Positions 1 through 8,127 of a DNA stretch of 32,000 nt are shown one piece after another; the stretch's first letter is position 1, and each line of letters opens with the position of its first letter. Made by a program: the position numbers and the translations under genes. Origin of the DNA: Candidatus Thorarchaeota archaeon (GTDB lineage Archaea; Asgardarchaeota; Heimdallarchaeia; Hodarchaeales; Hodarchaeaceae); the NCBI GenBank assembly GCA_048882505.1, contig JBHLRO010000028.1, positions 4,098 to 36,097 on the forward strand. Direction: 5' to 3'. The notes under the pieces were generated by a model. It ran no database searches, had not been told where the DNA came from, and saw only the letters and a list, made by a program, of their open reading frames with translations.

Positions 1-556
1 CAAGATCTGATGCCCTTGCCAATGTACTAGGGGCAGGGTTGTCTAGAAAGATATAGGTCATCATTAGGCCAACAGTGCTAGCGACGCGGTACATATACAG
101 GTCTAATTCTTCATCAGTTTTGTATTCCTTCTTTATTAAGTCCATACGAACACCTTCTATTAATTCATGCATGTATTCGATCGGAATACGATGTTTACGA
201 ATTGTGTCTCCGAAGGCCTGTAAAATCGGCTCCGATGACGTGTACCCGTGAGCTAATCGTGTAATCGTTTCTTTGAGATTATCTAGTTCCGCATTAATAG
301 CCTCATTGGATGTGCCGTCCGGCGTCTCATCTACGATGTCATCGGTCAAACGACAGAATGCATATAACGCGGCAACAGATTTACGTTGCTCTGAGGGGAG
401 AAACCGGGACGCGAAGTAGAAAGACTTACTGTGGATTTCCATCCACTCCAGACAATGATTATAGCTTTCTTCAAGAGATTCCTTGACAAGATTGAACCTA
501 TTATTCCAAGTTTCTGGAATTAACCCATAGTTCGTCTGTTCATGTGTTGAATACAT
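1..556 (-). CDS. crtB: Phytoene synthase, partial (3' end runs off the window)
   Basis: Not in the ORF track; translated by hand from ATG at 556: MYSTHEQTNYGLIPETWNNRFNLVKESLEESYNHCLEWMEIHSKSFYFASRFLPSEQRKSVAALYAFCRLTDDIVDE...IEGVRMDL...ELDLYMYRVASTVGLMM. It has the SKSFYFAS, LYAFCRxxDDxVD (DDxxD) and YxxxVAxxVG motifs of squalene/phytoene synthases, stays open to base 1, and is divergent from crtI. Confidence 0.95.
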   Translation of the reverse strand, partial: MYSTHEQTNYGLIPETWNNRFNLVKESLEESYNHCLEWMEIHSKSFYFASRFLPSEQRKSVAALYAFCRLTDDIVDETPDGTSNEAINAELDNLKETITRLAHGYTSSEPILQAFGDTIRKHRIPIEYMHELIEGVRMDLIKKEYKTDEELDLYMYRVASTVGLMMTYIFLDNPAPSTLARASDL

Positions 557-610
557 CGTTTTGTCACTTACGAGAGTTTTATTTCTTGAGTAGGGCTTTT
601 TTCCACATTA

Positions 611-663
611 TTTATAAACTTCATGAAGCGATATTCATTTCATGAAATATATGAATTTTCATG
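611..663. promoter_or_regulatory. Divergent crtB/crtI promoter region: palindromic TATA box plus repeated TTCATG motifs
   Basis: TTTATAAA at 611-618 reads the same on both strands. TTCATG occurs at 620, 639 and 658, and TTTCATGAAA at 638-647 is a perfect palindrome. Confidence 0.5.
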
Positions 664-687
664 TAATCAGGGTCAGTAGAAAATAAA

Positions 688-2286
688 TTGATGAAAATAC
701 CTAAAACTGAAATAAATACTATCGGAGACGTATTTCCAATGATTAAGGAAGAAAATGGAAGATTTAAAACCCACAAAGACCAGGTCATCATTATTGGTTC
801 GGGTTTCGGGGGTTTAGCAGCAGGAATCCGTATGCAGAATGCTGGTTTCAAGGTTAAAATACTGGAAAGGCGAGATCAAATCGGTGGTAGAGCTGGAGTC
901 TATAAGATTGATGGATTCAGCTTTGATGCTGGACCAACAGTGATAACGGCGCCTTTTATATTTGAAGATTTATTCAAATTGGCAAACCGTGATATAAATA
1001 ATTATATGGAGCTTTTACCGGTAACACCGTATTATCGAATTCATTTTGATGATCAAACTTATTTTGATTATGGTCATCCCGAAGATAATATTCCTCAAAT
1101 CGCGGAAATGAGTCCAAAGGACGTAGAGGGGTATGAAAAGATGCTGGAAGCCATTGAACCTATATTCAAAAAAGGGTTCCAAGAGCTCTCGTTTAAACCC
1201 TTTACAACGTTCTCTAGCATGCTTAAGGTTGCTCCTTCGTTACTTAAGCTTCAATCATATCGCTCCAATTACAATTTTGTATCAAAGTACATCAAAAATG
1301 AAAAATTACGCCGTGTTTTCTCATTTCATCCCCTCCTCATAGGGGGAAATCCCTTTACTGTCCCTTCAATTTACAGCTTGATCCAGTATTTAGAAAAGAC
1401 ATATGGGGTTTGGTTTGTCAAGGGTGGAACGACAAGTCTTGTTCACGGACTTGCTACTCTTTTTACCGAATTAGGTGGAAAAATCATATTAAATGCTGAA
1501 ATCTCAGATATTAACATAGAGAATGGCCGAGTTACTGGAGTAACAACTGAGGATGGGCATAAATATCCGTCTAATACTGTGATTTCGAATGCCGATGTTG
1601 CATTTACCTACACCAAACTGATAGAGAGCAAATGGCGTAAAAAGAATTCAGATAAACGCTATAAAAAGGCAAAATATAGTATGGGACTCGTGGTCATCTA
1701 CTTTGGAACCAAAAAACAATATCCAGACATGAAACACCACACAATACTTCTAGGAAGTCGTTATAAAGGATTACTTGAGGATATATTCAAGAATAAAGTT
1801 TTATCGGATGATTTTTCTAGTTATTTGCATGTTCCAACTCGAACAGACCCCAGCCTAGCTCCAGAAGGCCATGAAACCTTTTACATCCTAATTCCAGTAC
1901 CTCATCTGGATTCGGGAGTGAATTGGGAGGAGTTAGCTGAGCCCTTCAAAGAAAAAGTCTTTACTTTTTTGGAGGAGAATTACCTTCCTGATCTCAAGGA
2001 AAATTTGGTTGTCGAAAAGGTGTTCACTCCGCTAGATTTTCACACCGAATACCTCGCTACCAAAGGATCGGGATTCTCTCTTGAACCTATTTTTACTCAA
2101 TCGGCTTGGTTCAGACCTCATAATCGATCAGAAGATATAGAGGGTCTTTACTTCGTGGGAGCTGGAACTCATCCCGGTGCTGGCCTCCCTGGCGTTGTTT
2201 CAAGTGCTAAAATCACCACAGATCTAATTCTGGAAGATCTTAATGGTGGTTCACCTAATCTTGCCCCTGGAGCTTCCATTAATTAA
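688..2286 (+). CDS. crtI: Phytoene desaturase (CrtI family); start at TTG 688 or ATG 691
   Basis: N-terminal Rossmann motif IIIGSGFGGLAAG...ERRDQIGGRA, then FDAGPTVIT, FHPLLIGGNPF and the C-terminal signature GLYFVGAGTHPGAGLPGVVSSAK; neighbours are crtB and a lycopene cyclase. Confidence 0.95.
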   Translation: MMKIPKTEINTIGDVFPMIKEENGRFKTHKDQVIIIGSGFGGLAAGIRMQNAGFKVKILERRDQIGGRAGVYKIDGFSFDAGPTVITAPFIFEDLFKLANRDINNYMELLPVTPYYRIHFDDQTYFDYGHPEDNIPQIAEMSPKDVEGYEKMLEAIEPIFKKGFQELSFKPFTTFSSMLKVAPSLLKLQSYRSNYNFVSKYIKNEKLRRVFSFHPLLIGGNPFTVPSIYSLIQYLEKTYGVWFVKGGTTSLVHGLATLFTELGGKIILNAEISDINIENGRVTGVTTEDGHKYPSNTVISNADVAFTYTKLIESKWRKKNSDKRYKKAKYSMGLVVIYFGTKKQYPDMKHHTILLGSRYKGLLEDIFKNKVLSDDFSSYLHVPTRTDPSLAPEGHETFYILIPVPHLDSGVNWEELAEPFKEKVFTFLEENYLPDLKENLVVEKVFTPLDFHTEYLATKGSGFSLEPIFTQSAWFRPHNRSEDIEGLYFVGAGTHPGAGLPGVVSSAKITTDLILEDLNGGSPNLAPGASIN

Positions 2287-2288
2287 AC

Positions 2289-2296
2289 GGAGGAGG
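2289..2296 (+). promoter_or_regulatory. Shine-Dalgarno site of crtY
   Basis: GGAGGAGG 4 nt upstream of ATG 2301 and 2 nt after the crtI stop, consistent with an operon. Confidence 0.7.
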
Positions 2297-2300
2297 ATAT

Positions 2301-3134
2301 ATGTTAACCTACTTAGATTTTCTTATCTATTTCATTTTTTTACCCTTTTTTGGGGTTTTCCTCATAAATTTATTTGAATCACGTAGGAAAAAAGGCAAAA
2401 AACAGACGTTATTAGGAATTAATCCCGTGATGGGGCTTTTTATTTTAAGTACAATTGCTTTAATTTATACTACGCCTTGGGATAATTATTTGGTGGCAAC
2501 AGGTGTTTGGTTTTATGAACTAAATCAGATTTTGGGGATCATCATTGGTTTTGTACCAGTCGAGGAGTACATCTTTTTTGTTGTCCAACCCCTATTGGTC
2601 GGTTCAATCGTCATATGGGGTCTAAATTATTATCAACCCAGCTCAATACAACCAAAAAGCAGATCCTTAATAAGATCAATCGGTTTCTTGACGTTTTTCT
2701 TACCGTGGATTCTCTCTCTCATCATTTTTATTTTAGATTTTCCGAATGGAACGTATTTAGCGTTAATCATTATGTGGTTTTTCCCTCCTATTCTACTCCA
2801 ATTGGGATTTGGAGCTGATATTCTCTGGAGTCATCGAAAACTCGTTTTACTCGCGATCCTCATTCCATCCCTTTATCTCTCCGTGGTTGATGCATACGCA
2901 ATCTTCAATGGTGTGTGGACGATAGCTCCAACAACCTCTTTAGGCATTTTGATTGGTGGAGTTCTGCCATTAGAAGAAATGGTTTTCTTTTTTGTCACAA
3001 ACATTCTGATTGTCTTTGGTTTTATACTACTGATGGATGTTCATAGTCAAAAACGGATGAGATCATTAGTAACGTTCCTGAAAAACGTGTTATTATACAG
3101 ATTTATTGGTAAAGAAAAGAGAACCGTGTCATAA
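2301..3134 (+). CDS. crtY: Membrane-type lycopene cyclase with two tandem cyclase domains
   Basis: Two copies of the CrtYc/d-CarR-type motif: PWDNYLVATGVWFY...GFVPVEEYIFF and VDAYAIFNGVWTI...GVLPLEEMVFFF. Hydrophobic protein, in an operon with crtI. Confidence 0.9.
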   Translation: MLTYLDFLIYFIFLPFFGVFLINLFESRRKKGKKQTLLGINPVMGLFILSTIALIYTTPWDNYLVATGVWFYELNQILGIIIGFVPVEEYIFFVVQPLLVGSIVIWGLNYYQPSSIQPKSRSLIRSIGFLTFFLPWILSLIIFILDFPNGTYLALIIMWFFPPILLQLGFGADILWSHRKLVLLAILIPSLYLSVVDAYAIFNGVWTIAPTTSLGILIGGVLPLEEMVFFFVTNILIVFGFILLMDVHSQKRMRSLVTFLKNVLLYRFIGKEKRTVS

Positions 3135-3146
3135 GAGTGAATAATC

Positions 3147-3623
3147 ATGTCTAAAGTGCAATCCAACTCGATTTTGAGAATAAATCTATCTAAATCTTAT
3201 TTTCGGGTAGTAATTCTCCTCACATATCTATTGGGGATATCATTAATGCTGGTGCGGATTATCACCAACAGTACGTTTGCTGAGCTTATACCTTTCTGGT
3301 ACGATGCATTAGTAGCATTAGGAGGGATTTACGGAGGTGGATTATTACTATTGGCGCTAAGGAAATCAAAAATAGTCATTTCTCACCCCGTAGACAGATT
3401 TGCTTTCTATTTAATTGCATTTCACTTATTGGCGGCAACAATTGGGCATGTTGCTATGATTTTAATCCAAAACCATGAGATACTGAACCTCATTTCTCTT
3501 GAAATGGTATATCTCCTTCTCGGAGGAATGATCACACTAACATTGTACAGTTTCAGAATCAAAGGGGATTACCACAAGGAAAAGTCCACGAAGATTCCCA
3601 GTATTAATCCGTACAAACAGTGA
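3147..3623 (+). CDS. Hypothetical 4-TM membrane protein, third gene of the crtI-crtY operon
   Basis: Starts 12 nt after the crtY stop on the same strand; four hydrophobic segments; His at positions 80, 93, 101, 110 and 143. Confidence 0.75.
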   Translation: MSKVQSNSILRINLSKSYFRVVILLTYLLGISLMLVRIITNSTFAELIPFWYDALVALGGIYGGGLLLLALRKSKIVISHPVDRFAFYLIAFHLLAATIGHVAMILIQNHEILNLISLEMVYLLLGGMITLTLYSFRIKGDYHKEKSTKIPSINPYKQ

Positions 3624-4015
3624 TTTCCTATACTTATGTAAACAAATTTTGGATAGGAGAAAAGATTATTGCCAGTTAACCATTTATGGACAGGTGCTAA
3701 CGTTACCAGCCACACAATCAGTGCATATGTTACCCCTACCACCACTAATATGTTTTCCATTTTCAACAAACTTACTAGAACAAGAAAGGGAATGGCGAGT
3801 AATCCCCCATTGAAGAAATGGAGCAGATATACCAAGATGTTCGTTTCTTGGATTGGCCTTCCGAGGAATTTTTCTATCATACCTTTCGACTCATCCCACT
3901 CTAAAACACCTTGAAATCCCCATTTACGCCAAACGAGAATATTTCCAATTGACATAATCCCAGTCGCTAATATTCCCATTATAAATCCTTTAACGATTAG
4001 AAAAAAAATGTCCAT
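3569..4015 (-). CDS. Hypothetical 4-TM membrane protein (DUF1440/DUF2938/DUF6789-like pattern), paralog of the next gene
   Basis: 148 aa with four hydrophobic helices and the motifs GILATxxM, LHxxNG, YALxxW, HKxLTG and HxLYG. Its 3' end overlaps the convergent gene by 55 nt. Confidence 0.75.
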   Translation of the reverse strand: MDIFFLIVKGFIMGILATGIMSIGNILVWRKWGFQGVLEWDESKGMIEKFLGRPIQETNILVYLLHFFNGGLLAIPFLVLVSLLKMENILVVVGVTYALIVWLVTLAPVHKWLTGNNLFSYPKFVYISIGNHCLYGLILGIFVDFSLW

Positions 4016-4032
4016 ACAAGCGCCACTTCATG

Positions 4033-4446
4033 TTAGAATAGCCATAGAAGAATTCCGGAATAAAGAAGGTGTGAAAAGAAGCTCGTAAGAAGCTGTCCTC
4101 TTTGTTGGAGGATATTCTCTCCAGTAATGGGTTTATGAATTAGAAGGAGTCCAATCCATAACATTAGGGCATAAACAAGTGCAAGCAAAGGAGTCATTGT
4201 AATTTCAAATACCCACAGAACTATACCTAAGGCGGTTGCCCCTAACACTCCATGAAGATAATGTAAAGGAGTTGCTTTCCAATATAATTCTTCCCAAGAG
4301 TAGCTCGGAAATATTTTAGTCAGCAAATGGGCATTTTCATAGAATTCGGGGACAATTCTTTTGTCATAACGCCAGATTAACACCAGCTGTGGGATTGTCA
4401 TGCTCGTAGTAGCTAGGATACCAATAATAACCCATCTGATTATCAA
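4033..4446 (-). CDS. Hypothetical 4-TM membrane protein, paralog of 3569..4015
   Basis: 137 aa, TTG start with AAGGAG upstream; shares GILATxxM, LHxxHG, YALxxW, HKxITG and HxLY with its neighbour. Confidence 0.75.
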   Translation of the reverse strand: MIIRWVIIGILATTSMTIPQLVLIWRYDKRIVPEFYENAHLLTKIFPSYSWEELYWKATPLHYLHGVLGATALGIVLWVFEITMTPLLALVYALMLWIGLLLIHKPITGENILQQRGQLLTSFFSHLLYSGILLWLF

Positions 4447-4505
4447 TTGTAGTTTACTCTCCTTATAGAAAAAAAAATCCGAAATAATTCTCTGGAGAAC
4501 CCATT

Positions 4506-4940
4506 ATGATTCCATCCTCATCCAAAATGATTTATAAGACTCCTTATTTTTGGCCTCGCTTTTGGCTTCTGCTGGCTGGCCTCCATCCAATAGTTGTTGG
4601 AATTTTATTATTGCTTCGGGATCTGTTTTTCTCGTGGCCATTGATCAACCTACAAATACCCAGTCCACGATTATATGGTGATGTATCAGCGGCCTTCTTA
4701 ATTTCCATAGGTGTGTGGCTCATTTTTACAGCCTATAAATACCCCGATCCTGGTGCAGTGCATCTTTGGATCATTCCTGCTGGTTCAGCTTTAGGCCGGG
4801 TAGTTTACTTTTCATTTACAGTTGTTGGGCTTTTTAATAGAACTAACGAGTTCATTTACTTTCTTTTAGGTCTCTCAGACGTCCTTTTTGCTATCATTTT
4901 GCTCTGGGTCACCTATATAATGCGTAAGACCTTGAAATAA
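4506..4940 (+). CDS. Hypothetical 4-TM membrane protein
   Basis: 144 aa, four hydrophobic segments with intramembrane D/R residues (YGDVSAAF, LGRVV, LSDVLF); GGAGA upstream of the ATG. Confidence 0.7.
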   Translation: MIPSSSKMIYKTPYFWPRFWLLLAGLHPIVVGILLLLRDLFFSWPLINLQIPSPRLYGDVSAAFLISIGVWLIFTAYKYPDPGAVHLWIIPAGSALGRVVYFSFTVVGLFNRTNEFIYFLLGLSDVLFAIILLWVTYIMRKTLK

Positions 4941-4979
4941 ATTCTTGATGATACCGAGATCACCGATATAAATCGCTAC

Positions 4980-5969
4980 TTACCTTAAATGGTTGCCAGT
5001 TTGATTTTCAGCATCGTCAGTATGGCAAATCTCCATGATGGTTCGACCAATGAGAGGAATAAATTGCCATCTATAAGGTGTCTTGCGAAAAGGAAAATTC
5101 TGAATTGTGGTAGGATATTTTTGATACATTCGAAAAGCCACAAATGCTAGGTACGGTCCAAAGATGAGGCCAAACGCTAATGCTGTCAGAAAGTTCCAAC
5201 CATAAGTAAAAGTTGTTCCTCGTAGTGTAAGTGCCTGGGCATACTCTGGCCGACCGTGGGTGGTCGGGTAAGTGAAACCCACCCCAATCTGGGAGGCTCT
5301 AAACCCTCTGAGCTTTGCAGATGCAAAACTAGTAGCTAGAAGAATTCGATTTCTAATGGCGATGAAGTGAACAGGGGTTGCATGGATTGTTCCAAAGCGA
5401 TTGATTACAGCAATGTAAAGAAAGTGAGCTCGCCGTAAAACGGATTGCTGGCTGGATGTAAGAAGATTCTTAGTTCTGAGTCTTGGAAGGACCGTTATTG
5501 GAAAGAAATTTCTGGGCAAGTTCTTAGGAAGAGGCCGCCATCGATAACTACCAAAACGAATCCCCGACCAGTAACTTGCACGATAAGGATTCAAAGTCAC
5601 ACGAACTAGCTCCCGACCCGCCCACATTGATTTGAATGCTTTAAAGTGTTTATTTCCCCTGAGGAGGGTGTCAAAAGGATAAGCTTCCCATGATTCAATG
5701 GAAGCGATTAAAAAAAGGCCTTTATTGTCATTGGGATTGGATTTTGTGGATTTATGAGTCACTAGTGTGACAGTTCGGTAGTATGTTTTACTCAAATAAA
5801 GAGTGGAAAGGGTATCCTTTGGAAGCAGGATCTCAAGAGCGGTGGAATGAATTATATGAACGTAGACGGGCGAAAAGACAATTTGCTTTCCAGGATCACG
5901 TTGACACAGAACAGCTTCGGGGTTACCCCTAAACCAGGTAATCAACTGCTTTGGTATGTGAATTCTCAA
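4980..5969 (-). CDS. Protein with PNPOx-like (split-barrel flavin-binding) domain(s), probably tandem
   Basis: The second half, LRRAHFLYIAVINRFGTIHATPVHF...LATSFASAKLRGF, matches the PNPOx-like pattern (xGxPHxxPVxF...SxK). The first half shows a weaker similar pattern. TTG start with a TATA-like TTATATA about 20 nt upstream. Confidence 0.55.
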   Translation of the reverse strand: MRIHIPKQLITWFRGNPEAVLCQRDPGKQIVFSPVYVHIIHSTALEILLPKDTLSTLYLSKTYYRTVTLVTHKSTKSNPNDNKGLFLIASIESWEAYPFDTLLRGNKHFKAFKSMWAGRELVRVTLNPYRASYWSGIRFGSYRWRPLPKNLPRNFFPITVLPRLRTKNLLTSSQQSVLRRAHFLYIAVINRFGTIHATPVHFIAIRNRILLATSFASAKLRGFRASQIGVGFTYPTTHGRPEYAQALTLRGTTFTYGWNFLTALAFGLIFGPYLAFVAFRMYQKYPTTIQNFPFRKTPYRWQFIPLIGRTIMEICHTDDAENQTGNHLR

Positions 5970-6139
5970 CTTAAAAAGCCTATATAAGCGAAGAAAACAC
6001 CTGTTTTATAAGAATCAAGATGCTTAGTCAGGTTCTCCCAATAACGATACTATTTAGAAACTTAAAATGTCTACATTCGCTTTGCTGATTTAGGTACTTT
6101 TACGGTAGAACCAGCAGATATAAGATTAAGAGAACCAAC

Positions 6140-7024
6140 TTGCTAGAATGGGATTTAACTGTGAAGAATTTTGTTGTAGATATTCTAGATGAAGATACTT
6201 TTCACCTAGCCCTGCCTCCATTCATCAAAGCCATGGGTTTTGCAGAATACTATGGAGACGAGCAAGAAATAGAAGAATGGATAGCAAACAGCATTAGGAT
6301 GTTTTATAAGAAAGGACGTTTTCATTGTGTGGGAGTGCGAGAGAGTCAAGGTGGAAACTCTGCCAATTATGTAGGGTTTTCCTCATTGATTCCAGTAGAG
6401 ACGACAGGGTGGATTCCATATGTAGGGGTAGATTCCAATTTTCAGGGTAGGGGATTAGGAAGAAAACTAATGCTGAAGGTATTGGAAATAGCTCGAGAAA
6501 TTCCATTAGAAACAATTGAACTCTGTTCATCCCAAGCGGGAATTCCGTTTTACCAGTCTCTAGATTTCAAGGCAAACTATCCGATCTGTGGATATGATAT
6601 TGTAGAACCAAGGAAGAACTCCAAGCAGGAGTTGCAGATTGACACGACAATGCCTGATTGGATTCTTAAAAAGGACAGAGAGGTGGTAGGTATTGACCGC
6701 CAGAAATTATTTCAGATCCATAGATACGACCAGGTGCCAATTATCAATGATCCAGGCCATGGTTATGGTTTTTTATACAAAACAAGAATCGGCCCCATCA
6801 TAGCGGATTCTCTAAGCTTGGCTCAGGAGATCCTTCTGAAAGCCATTGAATTGGGAGCCACATCGTTAATTTTGGTTGAAGACGCTCCCCTGAAAAAACA
6901 ATTAAAAGACGTCGCGACCTTAAAACCTCAGCCATTGTTAGATAATTTAAAAATGACCTTTGGAACCCCACTTCAACAAGATTTATCACGGTTATATGGT
7001 CTCAGAAGTGTAGCATACGGATGA
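6140..7024 (+). CDS. GNAT family N-acetyltransferase with a second degenerate GNAT-like domain
   Basis: Acetyl-CoA binding motif VGVDSNFQGRGLGRKLM and GIPFYQSLDF; C-terminal DRxxxxxDR...IGPIIADS...YG pattern typical of two-domain GNATs. Confidence 0.8.
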   Translation: MLEWDLTVKNFVVDILDEDTFHLALPPFIKAMGFAEYYGDEQEIEEWIANSIRMFYKKGRFHCVGVRESQGGNSANYVGFSSLIPVETTGWIPYVGVDSNFQGRGLGRKLMLKVLEIAREIPLETIELCSSQAGIPFYQSLDFKANYPICGYDIVEPRKNSKQELQIDTTMPDWILKKDREVVGIDRQKLFQIHRYDQVPIINDPGHGYGFLYKTRIGPIIADSLSLAQEILLKAIELGATSLILVEDAPLKKQLKDVATLKPQPLLDNLKMTFGTPLQQDLSRLYGLRSVAYG

Positions 7025-7317
7025 CTCCCAGGAAAACGACACTCATACAATAATAAATACGATTGGCGAAAATGAGATCAATCCAGAGTGTGGCACCCCT
7101 CTTTTAACCACAATACTGGTATTATCAATGATTCGATTCTGTAAATGTTGCACCGAGTCTTTTGAGATGGCCCCAGCTGAAGGGCCTTTCTTTTCTCGCG
7201 CACGTACCTTTCTGCATCTGTCCACCTAGGTTTTACTATTGAAATAGTAAATAAATACATATACAGGAAGGATTGACAATTTATAGAAGCAAAAAAAGGA
7301 TAAACGAGTAGGAAATC

Positions 7318-8043
7318 ATGCAAAGTGAAAAAGATAGGTCATTTCTAAAATATGAGATAACCGGCGGGCCAGCATTTTCGATAGTCAGAATTTTCCTCGA
7401 ACAACCTGGTCAACAAGTGCGCGCGGAAGGGGGTGCGATGGTTTATATGGACGGCCATATCCAGATGGAAACAAAATCAGCAGGGGGAGTTATGAGAGGA
7501 TTGAAACGCAAGTTTTCAGGAGAATCCATGTTTCAAAACTTCTTCTCACTTCCTGATGGAGTTCCTCCTGGGATGGTGGCATTTGCTCACGGAGCACCAG
7601 GTGATATTATTCATCTCCATCTAGAAAAAGGTGAAGAATGGGTACTCAGCCAGGATGCGTATATTTGTGGAACTCCCAGTATTGAGGTAACTTCGAGATG
7701 GGGAGGCGCAAAAGGTTTGTTTGGGGGAGAAGGTCTCGTATTGACCAAGATAATGGCAGAGGCTGAAGGTGATGTTTGGATAGGGGGGTATGGCTTTGTA
7801 GAACGTCACGATCTAGAATCCAACCAAGAGTTCGTAGTAGATAATGGAGTTTTGATGGCAGTACCGGCCGATATGCACGATAATGCAAGAATCTCTAAAG
7901 TTGGGGGTACTAAAAGCTTGGTATTAGGAGGAGAAGGAATTGTTATACGATACACGGGTCCAGGTGTTGTTTACACCCAAAATCGTGAGATAGGCCTGTT
8001 GGCCGCACTTCTAAAACCCTACCTACCAGTACCTAGGGGATGA
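7318..8043 (+). CDS. AIM24 / TIGR00266 family protein
   Basis: YEITGGPAFS, VRAEGGAMVYM, GLKRKFSGESMFQNFF, LFGGEGLVL, LVLGGEGIVIRYTGPGVVYTQNR: the three-repeat AIM24 pattern. Confidence 0.9.
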   Translation: MQSEKDRSFLKYEITGGPAFSIVRIFLEQPGQQVRAEGGAMVYMDGHIQMETKSAGGVMRGLKRKFSGESMFQNFFSLPDGVPPGMVAFAHGAPGDIIHLHLEKGEEWVLSQDAYICGTPSIEVTSRWGGAKGLFGGEGLVLTKIMAEAEGDVWIGGYGFVERHDLESNQEFVVDNGVLMAVPADMHDNARISKVGGTKSLVLGGEGIVIRYTGPGVVYTQNREIGLLAALLKPYLPVPRG

Positions 8044-8127
8044 TTTCCCCTTGTTTTACTTTGACCGAATCTTAAAAGATATCAGAAAGGAGATATGACC
8101 ACAGGATAAGAGACGGGGAATGAACTT

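Noticed and set aside
621-851. 76-aa minus-strand ORF and the other short ORFs nested in crtI, crtY, GNAT, AIM24, the methyltransferase, DUF2461, amrS, the PLP enzyme, S8, mod and res
   Set aside because: They lie antisense or out of frame within well-supported genes and show no recognisable motifs, so they are treated as shadow ORFs.
3147-3623. Calling this gene crtZ, blh/brp or a rhodopsin
   Set aside because: No HxxxxH/HxxHH boxes, too short for Blh, only 4 TM and no retinal-binding Lys helix.
7043-7323. Two overlapping short minus-strand ORFs (60 and 81 aa) between GNAT and AIM24
   Set aside because: No motif or SD, and they overlap each other and the AIM24 promoter/start; cannot be supported as genes.
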